In this document: piece after piece, positions 10,025-18,114 of the stretch | How the letters are laid out: each line of letters opens with the position of its first letter | Numbering within the stretch: the stretch's first letter is position 1 | Assembly (NCBI RefSeq): GCF_002091755.1 | Contig: NZ_BDAI01000001.1 | Location: forward strand, 1,128,670-1,160,669 | Length of the DNA stretch: 32,000 nucleotides | Reading direction: 5' to 3' | Source of the DNA: Pseudomonas nitroreducens NBRC 12694 | GTDB taxonomy: Bacteria; Pseudomonadota; Gammaproteobacteria; Pseudomonadales; Pseudomonadaceae | Notes under the pieces: generated by a model | Seen by the model: only the letters and a program-made list of their open reading frames with translations | What the model was told of the DNA's origin: nothing | Databases searched by the model: none | Translations under genes and position numbers: made by a program

Positions 10025-10099
10025 GGGCACGACCGTGTCTCATTAGCTCCATTTATTAGCGGGCTAATTTGCCCGCTCAATGGGACCAATGCAAGTTTT

Positions 10100-10864
10100 T
10101 TATCGCGGAATGTGACTCAGCAGGCGCGGCATAATGTCTAAGGCTCGACCCACCATTCTTTCTTCGACCACCGAACTCAGGTCGGTCAGCCCCGGGTTCA
10201 CCTCGGCGGTGAAGCCTCCAGCATCCCGAGTTCGCAGCACGGGCTCGATGATGTACGGGAAGCTCGCGGTGGTCCCGACCAGCAGAACGGCATCGAATCC
10301 CTTGCGCAGTTGCGCGTAGAGCGTATCGACGGCCTCTTCCGGCAACATCTCCTCGAACAGTACTACCGGCGGGCGCAGCACACCTGCACAGCGCACGCAC
10401 TTCGGTGGTAGCGGGCCATCCAGGTGCCCTGCCAGCTCGGTGCTTTCCAAGCCGCACGACTGGCAGTACAGCGGTGCAAGTTCGCCATGGATCTCGATCA
10501 GCCGTTCAGGCGGCGAGCCGGCGCGGCGGTGAAACCCATCGATGTTCTGGGTGAGCACCCAGCACTCCGGCTTGAGCCTCTGCAGCTCCGCGATGGCTTC
10601 ATGGCCAACGTTGGGCTGCGCGCCCAGGCAGGCCTTGCCGAGTTCCGCCAGATACTTCCAGCACAGCGCCGGATCCTTCTGCAGCATCGGCCCGGAGATC
10701 GCTACTTCGATCGGTACGCCTTCCGCCGTCCGGCCGTTGTACAGACCACCCAGGCCGCGATAGGTGGGCATCCCGGAGTCGGCGGAGAGCCCGGCACCGG
10801 TAACTACCAGGATACGTTCTGCACGAGCAAGCGCTGCGCCAGTGCGTTCGATCGCCGAGTCCAT
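10100..10864 (-). CDS. Sir2-family NAD-dependent protein deacylase
   Basis: GAGLSADSGMPTYRG NAD pocket, QNIDGFH catalytic His, zinc ribbon CQSCG...CVRCAG. AGGAGG Shine-Dalgarno. Confidence 0.9.
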   Translation of the reverse strand: MDSAIERTGAALARAERILVVTGAGLSADSGMPTYRGLGGLYNGRTAEGVPIEVAISGPMLQKDPALCWKYLAELGKACLGAQPNVGHEAIAELQRLKPECWVLTQNIDGFHRRAGSPPERLIEIHGELAPLYCQSCGLESTELAGHLDGPLPPKCVRCAGVLRPPVVLFEEMLPEEAVDTLYAQLRKGFDAVLLVGTTASFPYIIEPVLRTRDAGGFTAEVNPGLTDLSSVVEERMVGRALDIMPRLLSHIPR

Positions 10865-10892
10865 GCGCCCTCCTACGCGGCAGGACCGCGTA

Positions 10893-11564
10893 TCAGTGGT
10901 TGACCGTGAAAGCCAGCATCATGGAAATCTGGCACAGCGGACGGCCGCTTTGTTCCTGCCATTGATTAAAGGCAGCCTGCACCAACGCCAGATCCTTCTG
11001 GCTGGTGGGCGCCTTGTCGACTATCTCCTGAGCCTTGAGCGCGGCAACCACATCGTCGCCGAGGACGAACGTGTCCTTGCCGGCCATGCGCAGGAAACGC
11101 GGCGCGGACATGCCGCCCAACTGACTACCACGCTTGGCCAGCAGCTTCCAGAGACCGACGATGTCGCTGGACGGCCAACTGGCCAGGAGTTTGCCGAAGC
11201 TGCCGTATTCGCGAGCAATGTCTAAGACGAACTGGGCGTTGCGCGGCACGCTCTTGAGCTTGCCCAGGTGACGAATCAGCCGGGCGTCCTGCATCAGGTT
11301 TTCCAAGCGCTCGCCGCCCATCAGCACGACCTTCTCCGGGTCGAAGCCGAAGAAGACCTCCTCGAAGGCCGGCCACTTGGCATCCACCAGGCTGTGCTTG
11401 AGGCCGGCGCGAAAGATACGCAGGCTAATCAGCGACAGGTAGCGATCATCAGTCACCGCCGCCAGCTCGTCCGCTGACTTGGCCTGCGGAAGCCGGGCAT
11501 CCAGCGCCTCGACCGAGCCGAAGCGGTTCAGACAGTACTCATACAGCCACTGGTAATCGCGCAT
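10893..11564 (-). CDS. DNA-3-methyladenine glycosylase I (Tag)-like protein
   Basis: The segment RIFRAGLKHSLVDAKWPAFEEVFFGFDPEKV resembles the Tag/Adenine_glyco core (QAGLSW..KR..F...F..FD). The N-terminus differs from canonical Tag, so this is only a family-level call. Confidence 0.55.
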   Translation of the reverse strand: MRDYQWLYEYCLNRFGSVEALDARLPQAKSADELAAVTDDRYLSLISLRIFRAGLKHSLVDAKWPAFEEVFFGFDPEKVVLMGGERLENLMQDARLIRHLGKLKSVPRNAQFVLDIAREYGSFGKLLASWPSSDIVGLWKLLAKRGSQLGGMSAPRFLRMAGKDTFVLGDDVVAALKAQEIVDKAPTSQKDLALVQAAFNQWQEQSGRPLCQISMMLAFTVNH

Positions 11565-11582
11565 CAGGCGTCCTTGCGAGTT

Positions 11583-12410
11583 TTACAGGTTCATCACGTC
11601 TAGGAAGCGCGGCGTCGCAGTCTCGTCGATGCGCAGGCTGTTGAAGTCGAACAGGTTGCGGTCCGCCAGTTGCGACGGCACCACGTTCTGCAAGGCACGG
11701 AACATGATCTCGGTGCGGCCCGGCGACTTGCGCTCCCAATCCAGCAGCATCTCCTTGACCACCTGGCGCTGCAGGTTCTCCTGCGAACCACACAGGTTGC
11801 ACGGAATGATCGGGAACTCCTTGAGCACCGAGTAGGCTTCGATGTCCTTCTCGTTGCAGTACGCCAACGGGCGGATCACCATGTTGCGGCCGTCGTCGGA
11901 GAGCAGCTTGGGCGGCATCGCCTTGAGGGTGCCGCCGTAGAACATATTAAGGAAGAAGGTTTCCAGGATGTCGTCGCGGTGGTGTCCCAGCGCCATCTTG
12001 GTCGCGCCGATTTCGTCAGCATAGGTATAAAGAGTGCCACGGCGCAGGCGCGAGCACAGCGAGCAGGTGGTCTTGCCCTCCGGGATTTTCTCCTTCACCA
12101 CCGAGTAGGTGTCCTTCTCGATGATGTGGTACTGCACGCCGATGGATTCCAGGTAGGCCGGCAGCACGTGTTCGGGGAAGCCGGGCTGCTTCTGGTCCAT
12201 GTTCACCGCAACGATCTCGAACTGAATCGGGGCGACCTTTTGCAGGTACAGCAGGATGTCCAGCAGGGTGTAGCTGTCCTTGCCGCCGGACAGGCAGACC
12301 ATCACCTTGTCGCCGTCCTCGATCATGTTGAAGTCGGTGACCGCTTCGCCAACCTGGCGGCGCAGGCGTTTCTGCAGTTTGTTCTGGTTGACCGAAAGGG
12401 TACTGGCCAT
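11583..12410 (-). CDS. ttcA: tRNA 2-thiocytidine(32) synthetase
   Basis: PP-loop CLSGGKDS plus the CSLC and CNLCG cysteine clusters. N-terminus ([19 protein letters not shown]) is typical of TtcA. Confidence 0.93.
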   Translation of the reverse strand: MASTLSVNQNKLQKRLRRQVGEAVTDFNMIEDGDKVMVCLSGGKDSYTLLDILLYLQKVAPIQFEIVAVNMDQKQPGFPEHVLPAYLESIGVQYHIIEKDTYSVVKEKIPEGKTTCSLCSRLRRGTLYTYADEIGATKMALGHHRDDILETFFLNMFYGGTLKAMPPKLLSDDGRNMVIRPLAYCNEKDIEAYSVLKEFPIIPCNLCGSQENLQRQVVKEMLLDWERKSPGRTEIMFRALQNVVPSQLADRNLFDFNSLRIDETATPRFLDVMNL

Positions 12411-12452
12411 GGTGCTCTGGAATCCGAAGGCAAGACGAAAAGCCGGTCATTT

Positions 12453-12462
12453 TACGCGCAAA
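12453..12462 (+). repeat. candidate outer att core copy, TACGCGCAAA (partner at 25701-25710)
   Basis: Exact 10-bp direct repeat with partially matching flanks. Under this model the 18-bp repeats and the TATCC motifs lie inside the element as arm-type sites. Confidence 0.35.
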
Positions 12463-12532
12463 TCGCCCATGGCGGACACCACGCATTCAAGCCATTGATC
12501 CATAAAGAATTTTCTTAAGCAATCAGATCGCA

Positions 12533-12550
12533 TGTCGAAGAAGTGTCGAA
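12533..12550 (+). repeat. 18-bp direct repeat TGTCGAAGAAGTGTCGAA: candidate attL core or integrase arm-type site
   Basis: Matches 25566-25583 (TGTCGAAAAAGTGTCGAA) at 17 of 18 positions, in the same orientation. Each copy is itself an internal GTCGAA duplication. Confidence 0.5.
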
Positions 12551-12679
12551 GCAATTCCCTGCCTTGTTACAAGGCGCCTCCACCCCACCACCCAGTGACG
12601 GTGAAATGCTGACGCTACCATCCAGCCCATGATAAAAGTAACCAACAGGGATCAAGCAGGAAGTGAAAGGAAGGCAAGA

Positions 12680-13867
12680 ATGCTTAGCGATGAAAATTTA
12701 GAGCAGCTTCGATATAAGGGCGAGAGTGTAGACCTAGACTTCAAACAAGCCCAGTATCCTTTCTCTGGCGCAACTGACCATCAGAAATCTGAATTACTGA
12801 AAGACATCCTAGCGATGGCTAATTCGTACCGGACAGAGCCGGGCCACATACTTATTGGCTTTAAAGACCAAACCCCGCACCCCGCAGAGGTTGTCGGGCT
12901 TACTGATAGCGATCATATTGACGACGCTACCCTTCAACAGTTCGTTCATAGCAAGGTGGCCCCAAACCTTGAATTCCAATACGAAGAACGCCTGTTCGAT
13001 GGCAAGCATATTGCGATCATCACCATCCCCAAGCAACCTCGACCATTTGCACCAAACAAAGATTATGGGAAATTAAAAAAGAACACTGTCTATGTGCGAC
13101 GTGGAAGCTCAACAGACGAGGCCTCAATCACCGAAATAGCAAAGATGGCGGTACTTGACGCAGGATCATCAAAGACAGCCCAAGTCAAATTACAAATCGA
13201 CACTGATAAAAACACTCCCTTGCCCGACCACTTAACCCTTCGCTTTTTGCGTTTCGAAACTCTTCCTGACTACGAAGAAAACAACTGGATAGACATGGGA
13301 TTTGGAATAAAACGGCAAATTCCCTCCATCACCCCTGTCAATAGCGACTACTACCGCGATTGCGCGGATTACTGTAGCACTAGAAGCCGAATGGCCCTGA
13401 TCAGGCTGTCACTGTCAAATAGATCAGATTTCTCGCTAAGAGAGGTTAAGCTCGAAGTATCGTGCGCCGCAAATCAAGGACAGACTATCAGAATGTTGCG
13501 CTCTGACGATCTGCCCGACGAGCCTGAATCTAAACTAAACCTTATTCACGGCGGAATTCAAGCAGTGGTAAATCGCATGAGGCAGAGAGTCATAATAGAT
13601 CAGCGCTCTCGCGATCCGATCTGCCATATAGACCTGGAAACACTTCGACCAGGCGAAACGGGCAGAGCAGAAACCGACATCGCAGTGCTTTTCAGTGGCC
13701 CAGGTGATTACCTAATCAAGTTCAGAATACTAGCCAATGAAATATCCGCCCCCATCACCCAAGAACACACCATCACCGTAACAGGTACAACGGAAGAATT
13801 GAGCTTTAATGACTTACAAGAAATAATTTACGGAGAGGGAACTCAAATTGAAAGCCCTACCCAATAA
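12680..13867 (+). CDS. AlbA_2/Schlafen-like (putative DNA/RNA-binding) domain protein with an uncharacterised C-terminal half
   Basis: ATG at 12680 preceded by GAAAGGAAGG. The N-terminal ~160 aa show AlbA_2 hallmarks: ESVDLDFK, LLKDILAMANS, GHILIGF.D, IAIITIP, VYVRRGSSTDEAS..EI. The remaining ~230 aa have no recognisable motif. AT-rich relative to neighbours. Confidence 0.7.
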   Translation: MLSDENLEQLRYKGESVDLDFKQAQYPFSGATDHQKSELLKDILAMANSYRTEPGHILIGFKDQTPHPAEVVGLTDSDHIDDATLQQFVHSKVAPNLEFQYEERLFDGKHIAIITIPKQPRPFAPNKDYGKLKKNTVYVRRGSSTDEASITEIAKMAVLDAGSSKTAQVKLQIDTDKNTPLPDHLTLRFLRFETLPDYEENNWIDMGFGIKRQIPSITPVNSDYYRDCADYCSTRSRMALIRLSLSNRSDFSLREVKLEVSCAANQGQTIRMLRSDDLPDEPESKLNLIHGGIQAVVNRMRQRVIIDQRSRDPICHIDLETLRPGETGRAETDIAVLFSGPGDYLIKFRILANEISAPITQEHTITVTGTTEELSFNDLQEIIYGEGTQIESPTQ

Positions 13868-13923
13868 CTTAAAAACCAACACTAACGCACGATAAGGAAC
13901 TACACACTCCCAACGTCTTAGAG

Positions 13924-14922
13924 TTACGAACAAGCATCAAGAGCAGACAATGGATTGAGTCGAATCGCATCTTGCAGATACTCGGGCGAAAGATGGGCAT
14001 AGCGCATCGTCATATTGAGCGACGTGTGTCCAAGAATCTCTTTGAGAGCAAGTATGTTTCCGCCATTCATCATGAAGTGCGACGCGAAGGTGTGGCGCAG
14101 CACGTGGGTGCACTGGCCTCTCGGCAGCACGATATTGCATCGCTTCACCATGCGAGCGAATGCCTCTCGGCAGCTCGGGAAGCGGTCCTTCTTAGTGAAA
14201 TAGGCCTCCAGGCGGTCTTGCAGCTCCTGGGAGATCGGCACAGTCCGTACTCGCTTCGACTTGGTGTTGGCGAACACCACACAGCCCGCACGAACCATCG
14301 GCCAAGTCAGTCGTTGAGCTTCCGACCATCTCGCTCCCGTCGCCAAGCAAATCTCTGATATCAGGGCCAAGTGTGGGAACGTCGAATAGTCCCGCAGTGC
14401 AGACACCAGGGTCGCGACCTGAGCTTTCGACAGGAACGACACCACTTCCTGCTGAGGCTTTAGCGGCTTCAATGTGTCCAGGGGATTGGCGTAGTCGATG
14501 TCACCAAGTCGGCGCAGCTCGGTATAGATGGACTTGAGGTAGGAGTAACGCACGTTGATCGAGCGCGGAAGTGCCCCCTCCTCCAACTCCACCTTACGCA
14601 GTGCAACCAAGTCTGAGACGGTAAACGTCTGAGCGATGGGATTGCCCAGCTTCGCAGCGATGAAGAGCAGCATGTTCCTGCGGCGCCGTCCGCTGGTGAT
14701 CGCATGCCCGTGCAGCTCATACCAACGCTCAATGAGCTGAGACAGTCGGCGTGTGTCCTTCGGCCTGGGATTCCACTCCGGTGTCACCGCCAGTTTCGCG
14801 CGCACTGACGCTTCGAAGCGTTGGGCCTCGCCCTTGGTCTTGAACCGCTTGCGGAAGCGCTTCCCCTTGATGGGTTCGACGTCGACGAACCAGCGACCAT
14901 CCTCCAGCTTGGTAATCGCCAT
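13924..14922 (-). CDS. int: tyrosine recombinase / phage integrase
   Basis: Catalytic region ATGARWSEA ... HVLRHTFASHF ... LGHTSLNMTMRYAHL (R..HxxR..Y). N-terminal arm-binding-type domain (GRWFVDV..GKRFRKRFKTKGEAQ). TAATG overlap with the rep gene. Confidence 0.92.
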   Translation of the reverse strand: MAITKLEDGRWFVDVEPIKGKRFRKRFKTKGEAQRFEASVRAKLAVTPEWNPRPKDTRRLSQLIERWYELHGHAITSGRRRRNMLLFIAAKLGNPIAQTFTVSDLVALRKVELEEGALPRSINVRYSYLKSIYTELRRLGDIDYANPLDTLKPLKPQQEVVSFLSKAQVATLVSALRDYSTFPHLALISEICLATGARWSEAQRLTWPMVRAGCVVFANTKSKRVRTVPISQELQDRLEAYFTKKDRFPSCREAFARMVKRCNIVLPRGQCTHVLRHTFASHFMMNGGNILALKEILGHTSLNMTMRYAHLSPEYLQDAIRLNPLSALDACS

Positions 14923-16217
14923 TAGATCGCGTACCCCCGCTTCAAGTACCGATCATTTATGAGTCCAATGACGTGCCTTTCGAGGTCGCGAGTGCTGTAG
15001 CCCTTGGCGGTGTAGTGATCCTCTATCACGTGCCAGAAGGGAAGCGTTCTCCCGACCTCCAGGGCCTTTTTTGGTGGCACGCGCTCCCGTGCGATCAGGC
15101 TGGCGAACTGGCCGAGAAACATCTCGCAGTTCTTGCCGGAGAAGCCCTGAGCCGTCTTGTAGTAACGGCGGTATTCGGTGCGATCAATGAGCGGATCGGC
15201 CTCTACCTGCACCTGGGTATCCAGGGTGATGAGCGACCAGAACGGATTGAACTCCTTCGGGCTGTCCAACAGCCGGAAGTTCTCACAGGCGTAGCCCCAC
15301 AGGCCTTGCAGATGCGGGCACAGCCCTGAGTACGTGCGGCAACCGATCACCTCGCCGGAGGTCATCGTGGAGCCTTCGGAGAACTGCTGTACCACCGAAT
15401 GGTGGAAGCGGAACTCGATACGCCACACCGTTTCCAGCGGGTTGAAGGCGGGTTCGCCATCACCGAAGGGATCGCCGTTGAGGGAAGCCCAGACGTTTTC
15501 CCAGTAGTCGAGCTTGTCGGTTGCCCGAGCTTGGAGCGTCTTGTTGTAGATGCTCAGTTGCAGGCCGCTGGCCGAGCCGAACATGTACGTTTCACCGCGA
15601 CCGTAGACCGAGGCGTTGCCGTCGAACTCGATACGCTCGATGCCGCTGATTTGGCGAACGCGCCGGGACCGGCAGTGCATGCGATCCACCAAGTCAGACG
15701 GAGGGGTCCAACCCTGCACATCAAGGGCGAGGTGCACAGCGCATTGGTTGGTTTCGCAGGCAGAAAGAACGCCTTCGGCCAAGTCATCGAGCACGCCTTG
15801 CAGGATCGATGGATCGGCTCCATCCAGGGCGTGCGGGGACACCTCAATCTTGAGGTGCGGGCCAATGTTCTCCAGCTTCACATTATGGTTCTTGATCAGC
15901 AGGATCAGGCCCATATCAGCGTTCTGTAGCCGGTACTGGTAGCCGGGGTCGCGACCAAGACGGCCCTTGGCCCACTGATACCCGGCGAACTCTACGATGT
16001 CTTCCGGCTCATCAAAGATCGCCATGATCTCGGGTCGAATCAGGCCGTTGTACAACTGGCGAACCGTATCTACGCCGCAGCGCAGCAGACGCACACCGGA
16101 AAGGTCAGTGAACTCCCCTGCCCTACTGCTGAAAAAGATGCGCCCTTTGGGCGACTCAAAGAACTGCCCGTCTTCCTGAAGTACTGCGCGAATCTGGTGT
16201 TCTGCTGCCTTAGTCAT
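14922..16217 (-). CDS. Pf-type replication initiation protein (gene II analogue)
   Basis: 431-aa ORF between zot and int, the position and size of the Pf1/Pf4 replication initiator. No independent motif verified by eye. Confidence 0.75.
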   Translation of the reverse strand: MTKAAEHQIRAVLQEDGQFFESPKGRIFFSSRAGEFTDLSGVRLLRCGVDTVRQLYNGLIRPEIMAIFDEPEDIVEFAGYQWAKGRLGRDPGYQYRLQNADMGLILLIKNHNVKLENIGPHLKIEVSPHALDGADPSILQGVLDDLAEGVLSACETNQCAVHLALDVQGWTPPSDLVDRMHCRSRRVRQISGIERIEFDGNASVYGRGETYMFGSASGLQLSIYNKTLQARATDKLDYWENVWASLNGDPFGDGEPAFNPLETVWRIEFRFHHSVVQQFSEGSTMTSGEVIGCRTYSGLCPHLQGLWGYACENFRLLDSPKEFNPFWSLITLDTQVQVEADPLIDRTEYRRYYKTAQGFSGKNCEMFLGQFASLIARERVPPKKALEVGRTLPFWHVIEDHYTAKGYSTRDLERHVIGLINDRYLKRGYAI

Positions 16218-16343
16218 GATTCAAACCTATCCAATGCTATCCAATGAGTAACTGGGTTATCCGACGTGTTACAGGGTCGTCGGCCGCGCCTTCGGCCTAC
16301 CGCTCGTGCCTGGCGCTCCCGGCCGGCGGCGCGGCTCGCCGAC

Positions 16344-16454
16344 TCAAAACGGAAACGCCGCCACCGGCTGCATCACCTGCAGGGCGGTCAGAAATCCGAG
16401 CGCATAGGCGAGTGCGAGCAGCCCTAGGGCGTTGATCAGGCCATGCAGGGTCAT
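16344..16454 (-). CDS. 36-aa hydrophobic peptide coupled to zot (speculative)
   Basis: ATG at 16452-16454 overlaps the zot stop (ATGA). Translation is [36 protein letters not shown], one TM-like helix. Below the ORF-track length cutoff. Confidence 0.3.
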   Translation of the reverse strand: MTLHGLINALGLLALAYALGFLTALQVMQPVAAFPF

Positions 16455-17746
16455 TGGGTCCTCCAGGGGCGGGCGGGGTATTCGGAGTCAGGGACGATGG
16501 TCAGCGTTGGCCCTGCGGGCGCTGCTGGGGCGACTGCGACTTCTACGGATGGTGTTGCGGGCGTCTGCGCCGGCTTGGGGAAGGCTCCAGCGCACACCAC
16601 CGTCTCGTGGTAGCTCTGGTAGAACAGCTCGGCAACGCACTCGGAGCGGGGCCGCACGCGGTAGCCGGATTCGCTCAGCTGCTGCGAGTTGAGCATCAGC
16701 CGTCGCCCTTCTGGGTCGATGATGGCGAACAGGTAGACCGTGCCCTTCTTGCCGAACTGCTCGCCTTGCTTGTCGCCCTTCACCACGCCGGCCACGACGA
16801 TCTGCCGGCCCGCGAAGGGATGCTCAGCTAGTGGAAGAGTCGAAACACTTGGTTGGCCAAGTACAGAACTAGTAGGAAGAGTGCTACGCGCAGCAGCAGG
16901 CGTTGGAGCAGGTACAGCAGCCCCTTGAGGATGAGGCGCACTAGCTGGCTGAGGATGGGCAGGATCAGTTCCTTGCTGAGCGCCACCACCGATGACCTTG
17001 AGAGGTCCCATATAGCTGACAAAGCCAATAGTGCCGGCCAGCAGTGCCAGTAGAAGAACCAACTTAGGCGACCGGAAGAGACTCTTGCCGGCCTTGGTGT
17101 CCTGGGTCTTTCCGGTGGCGGTGGACTGGTAGAGGGCGAAGGTCTGCTTTCGGATTCGCTTGTATTCGACGATGGTGCCGTCAGCGGGTGGTCGGTTGAG
17201 CTGGGCGTCATGCTGGGCCTCCTTGTACCGGCCGGGGATACCGATGACCGCGAGGTTGGAGTGTTTGTAGGCCATCTCGCAGGTCATGCGGATGTCGTCG
17301 CGGATGTAGCTGATGTTCGGGGTGGTCAGGACGATGTCCCAGTTGAAGTGCCGGTGCCGGGTCCAGGCATCCAGCCAGCCCATGGGCCGATCCGCTTCAT
17401 GGGCCGCCTCGGGGCCGCCGGGGTAGTCGAATTTCTCCAGGTCCTTTTCACGCCAGGATTTGGGGAACAAGAGTTGGGTTTCATCAAAGATCAGGAACGC
17501 GCCCCGCGGCGCCCACTGAAACCACGTGCGCATCTTGTCGAGGTCGGCCAGCGATTCGAGATCGAGGTTGATGATCTGCGCGGAGTTGGGCAGCTGCGGG
17601 AAGACGCTGTAGGCGCGCTCCAGGGTGAAGCCACGGACGTTGGTGATGATGACGCGGCCATCCTTGAGGGCCGGGACGGCATCGTCTTGGATCGCACCGG
17701 AAGTTTTGTAGGAGCCGTTGGGGCCGTGGTGAATCTTGATCGACAT
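16451..17746 (-). CDS. zot: Zot-like assembly ATPase (gene I analogue)
   Basis: Walker [11 protein letters not shown] at the N-terminus, central TM segment ([15 protein letters not shown]). GGGAGGTGA Shine-Dalgarno. Position downstream of the minor coat gene. Confidence 0.9.
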   Translation of the reverse strand: MSIKIHHGPNGSYKTSGAIQDDAVPALKDGRVIITNVRGFTLERAYSVFPQLPNSAQIINLDLESLADLDKMRTWFQWAPRGAFLIFDETQLLFPKSWREKDLEKFDYPGGPEAAHEADRPMGWLDAWTRHRHFNWDIVLTTPNISYIRDDIRMTCEMAYKHSNLAVIGIPGRYKEAQHDAQLNRPPADGTIVEYKRIRKQTFALYQSTATGKTQDTKAGKSLFRSPKLVLLLALLAGTIGFVSYMGPLKVIGGGAQQGTDPAHPQPASAPHPQGAAVPAPTPAAARSTLPTSSVLGQPSVSTLPLAEHPFAGRQIVVAGVVKGDKQGEQFGKKGTVYLFAIIDPEGRRLMLNSQQLSESGYRVRPRSECVAELFYQSYHETVVCAGAFPKPAQTPATPSVEVAVAPAAPAGPTLTIVPDSEYPARPWRTQ

Positions 17747-17753
17747 GATTCAC

Positions 17754-18110
17754 TCACCTCCCAATGAAGGGCACAAAGCGCATACAGAAGCGTGTGGCCA
17801 GGGCGGAGAACAGGATGTTGAGGGCCTGCGGCACGCCGAGAAATTGCAGCGCGGCAGCCAGCGGGGCGGGCAACGTGGCGTACATGGAGCGCACCATGTT
17901 GGAGACGCCGAGGCTGTCGATCAGCTCGCGGGCGACGGTGTAGCTGACATCGAGCAGGAACAGGAAACCCTGGAGCGCGCTGTACATCGCCCACTTGGTG
18001 GCAACGACGAAGCCGTCCTTGATGAAGTCGTAGATGCCTTGGGTCATGAACTCCCAGATCCATTGGAAGAACAGGATGATCTGGTCGAAAGAGCTGGATA
18101 GCCATTCCAT
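17754..18110 (-). CDS. Pf minor coat / membrane protein (gene VI-like, DUF2523-type)
   Basis: 118-aa polytopic hydrophobic protein directly between coaA and zot, as in Pf1/Pf4. Confidence 0.7.
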   Translation of the reverse strand: MEWLSSSFDQIILFFQWIWEFMTQGIYDFIKDGFVVATKWAMYSALQGFLFLLDVSYTVARELIDSLGVSNMVRSMYATLPAPLAAALQFLGVPQALNILFSALATRFCMRFVPFIGR

Positions 18111-18114
18111 GAGG

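Noticed and set aside
10100-10864. Sir2-domain protein as a possible defence-associated (NADase) Sir2
   Set aside because: It has the full sirtuin deacylase architecture with the catalytic His and a Cys4 zinc ribbon. It shares host-like GC and lies in conserved core context outside the prophage, with no partner gene typical of Sir2 defence systems.
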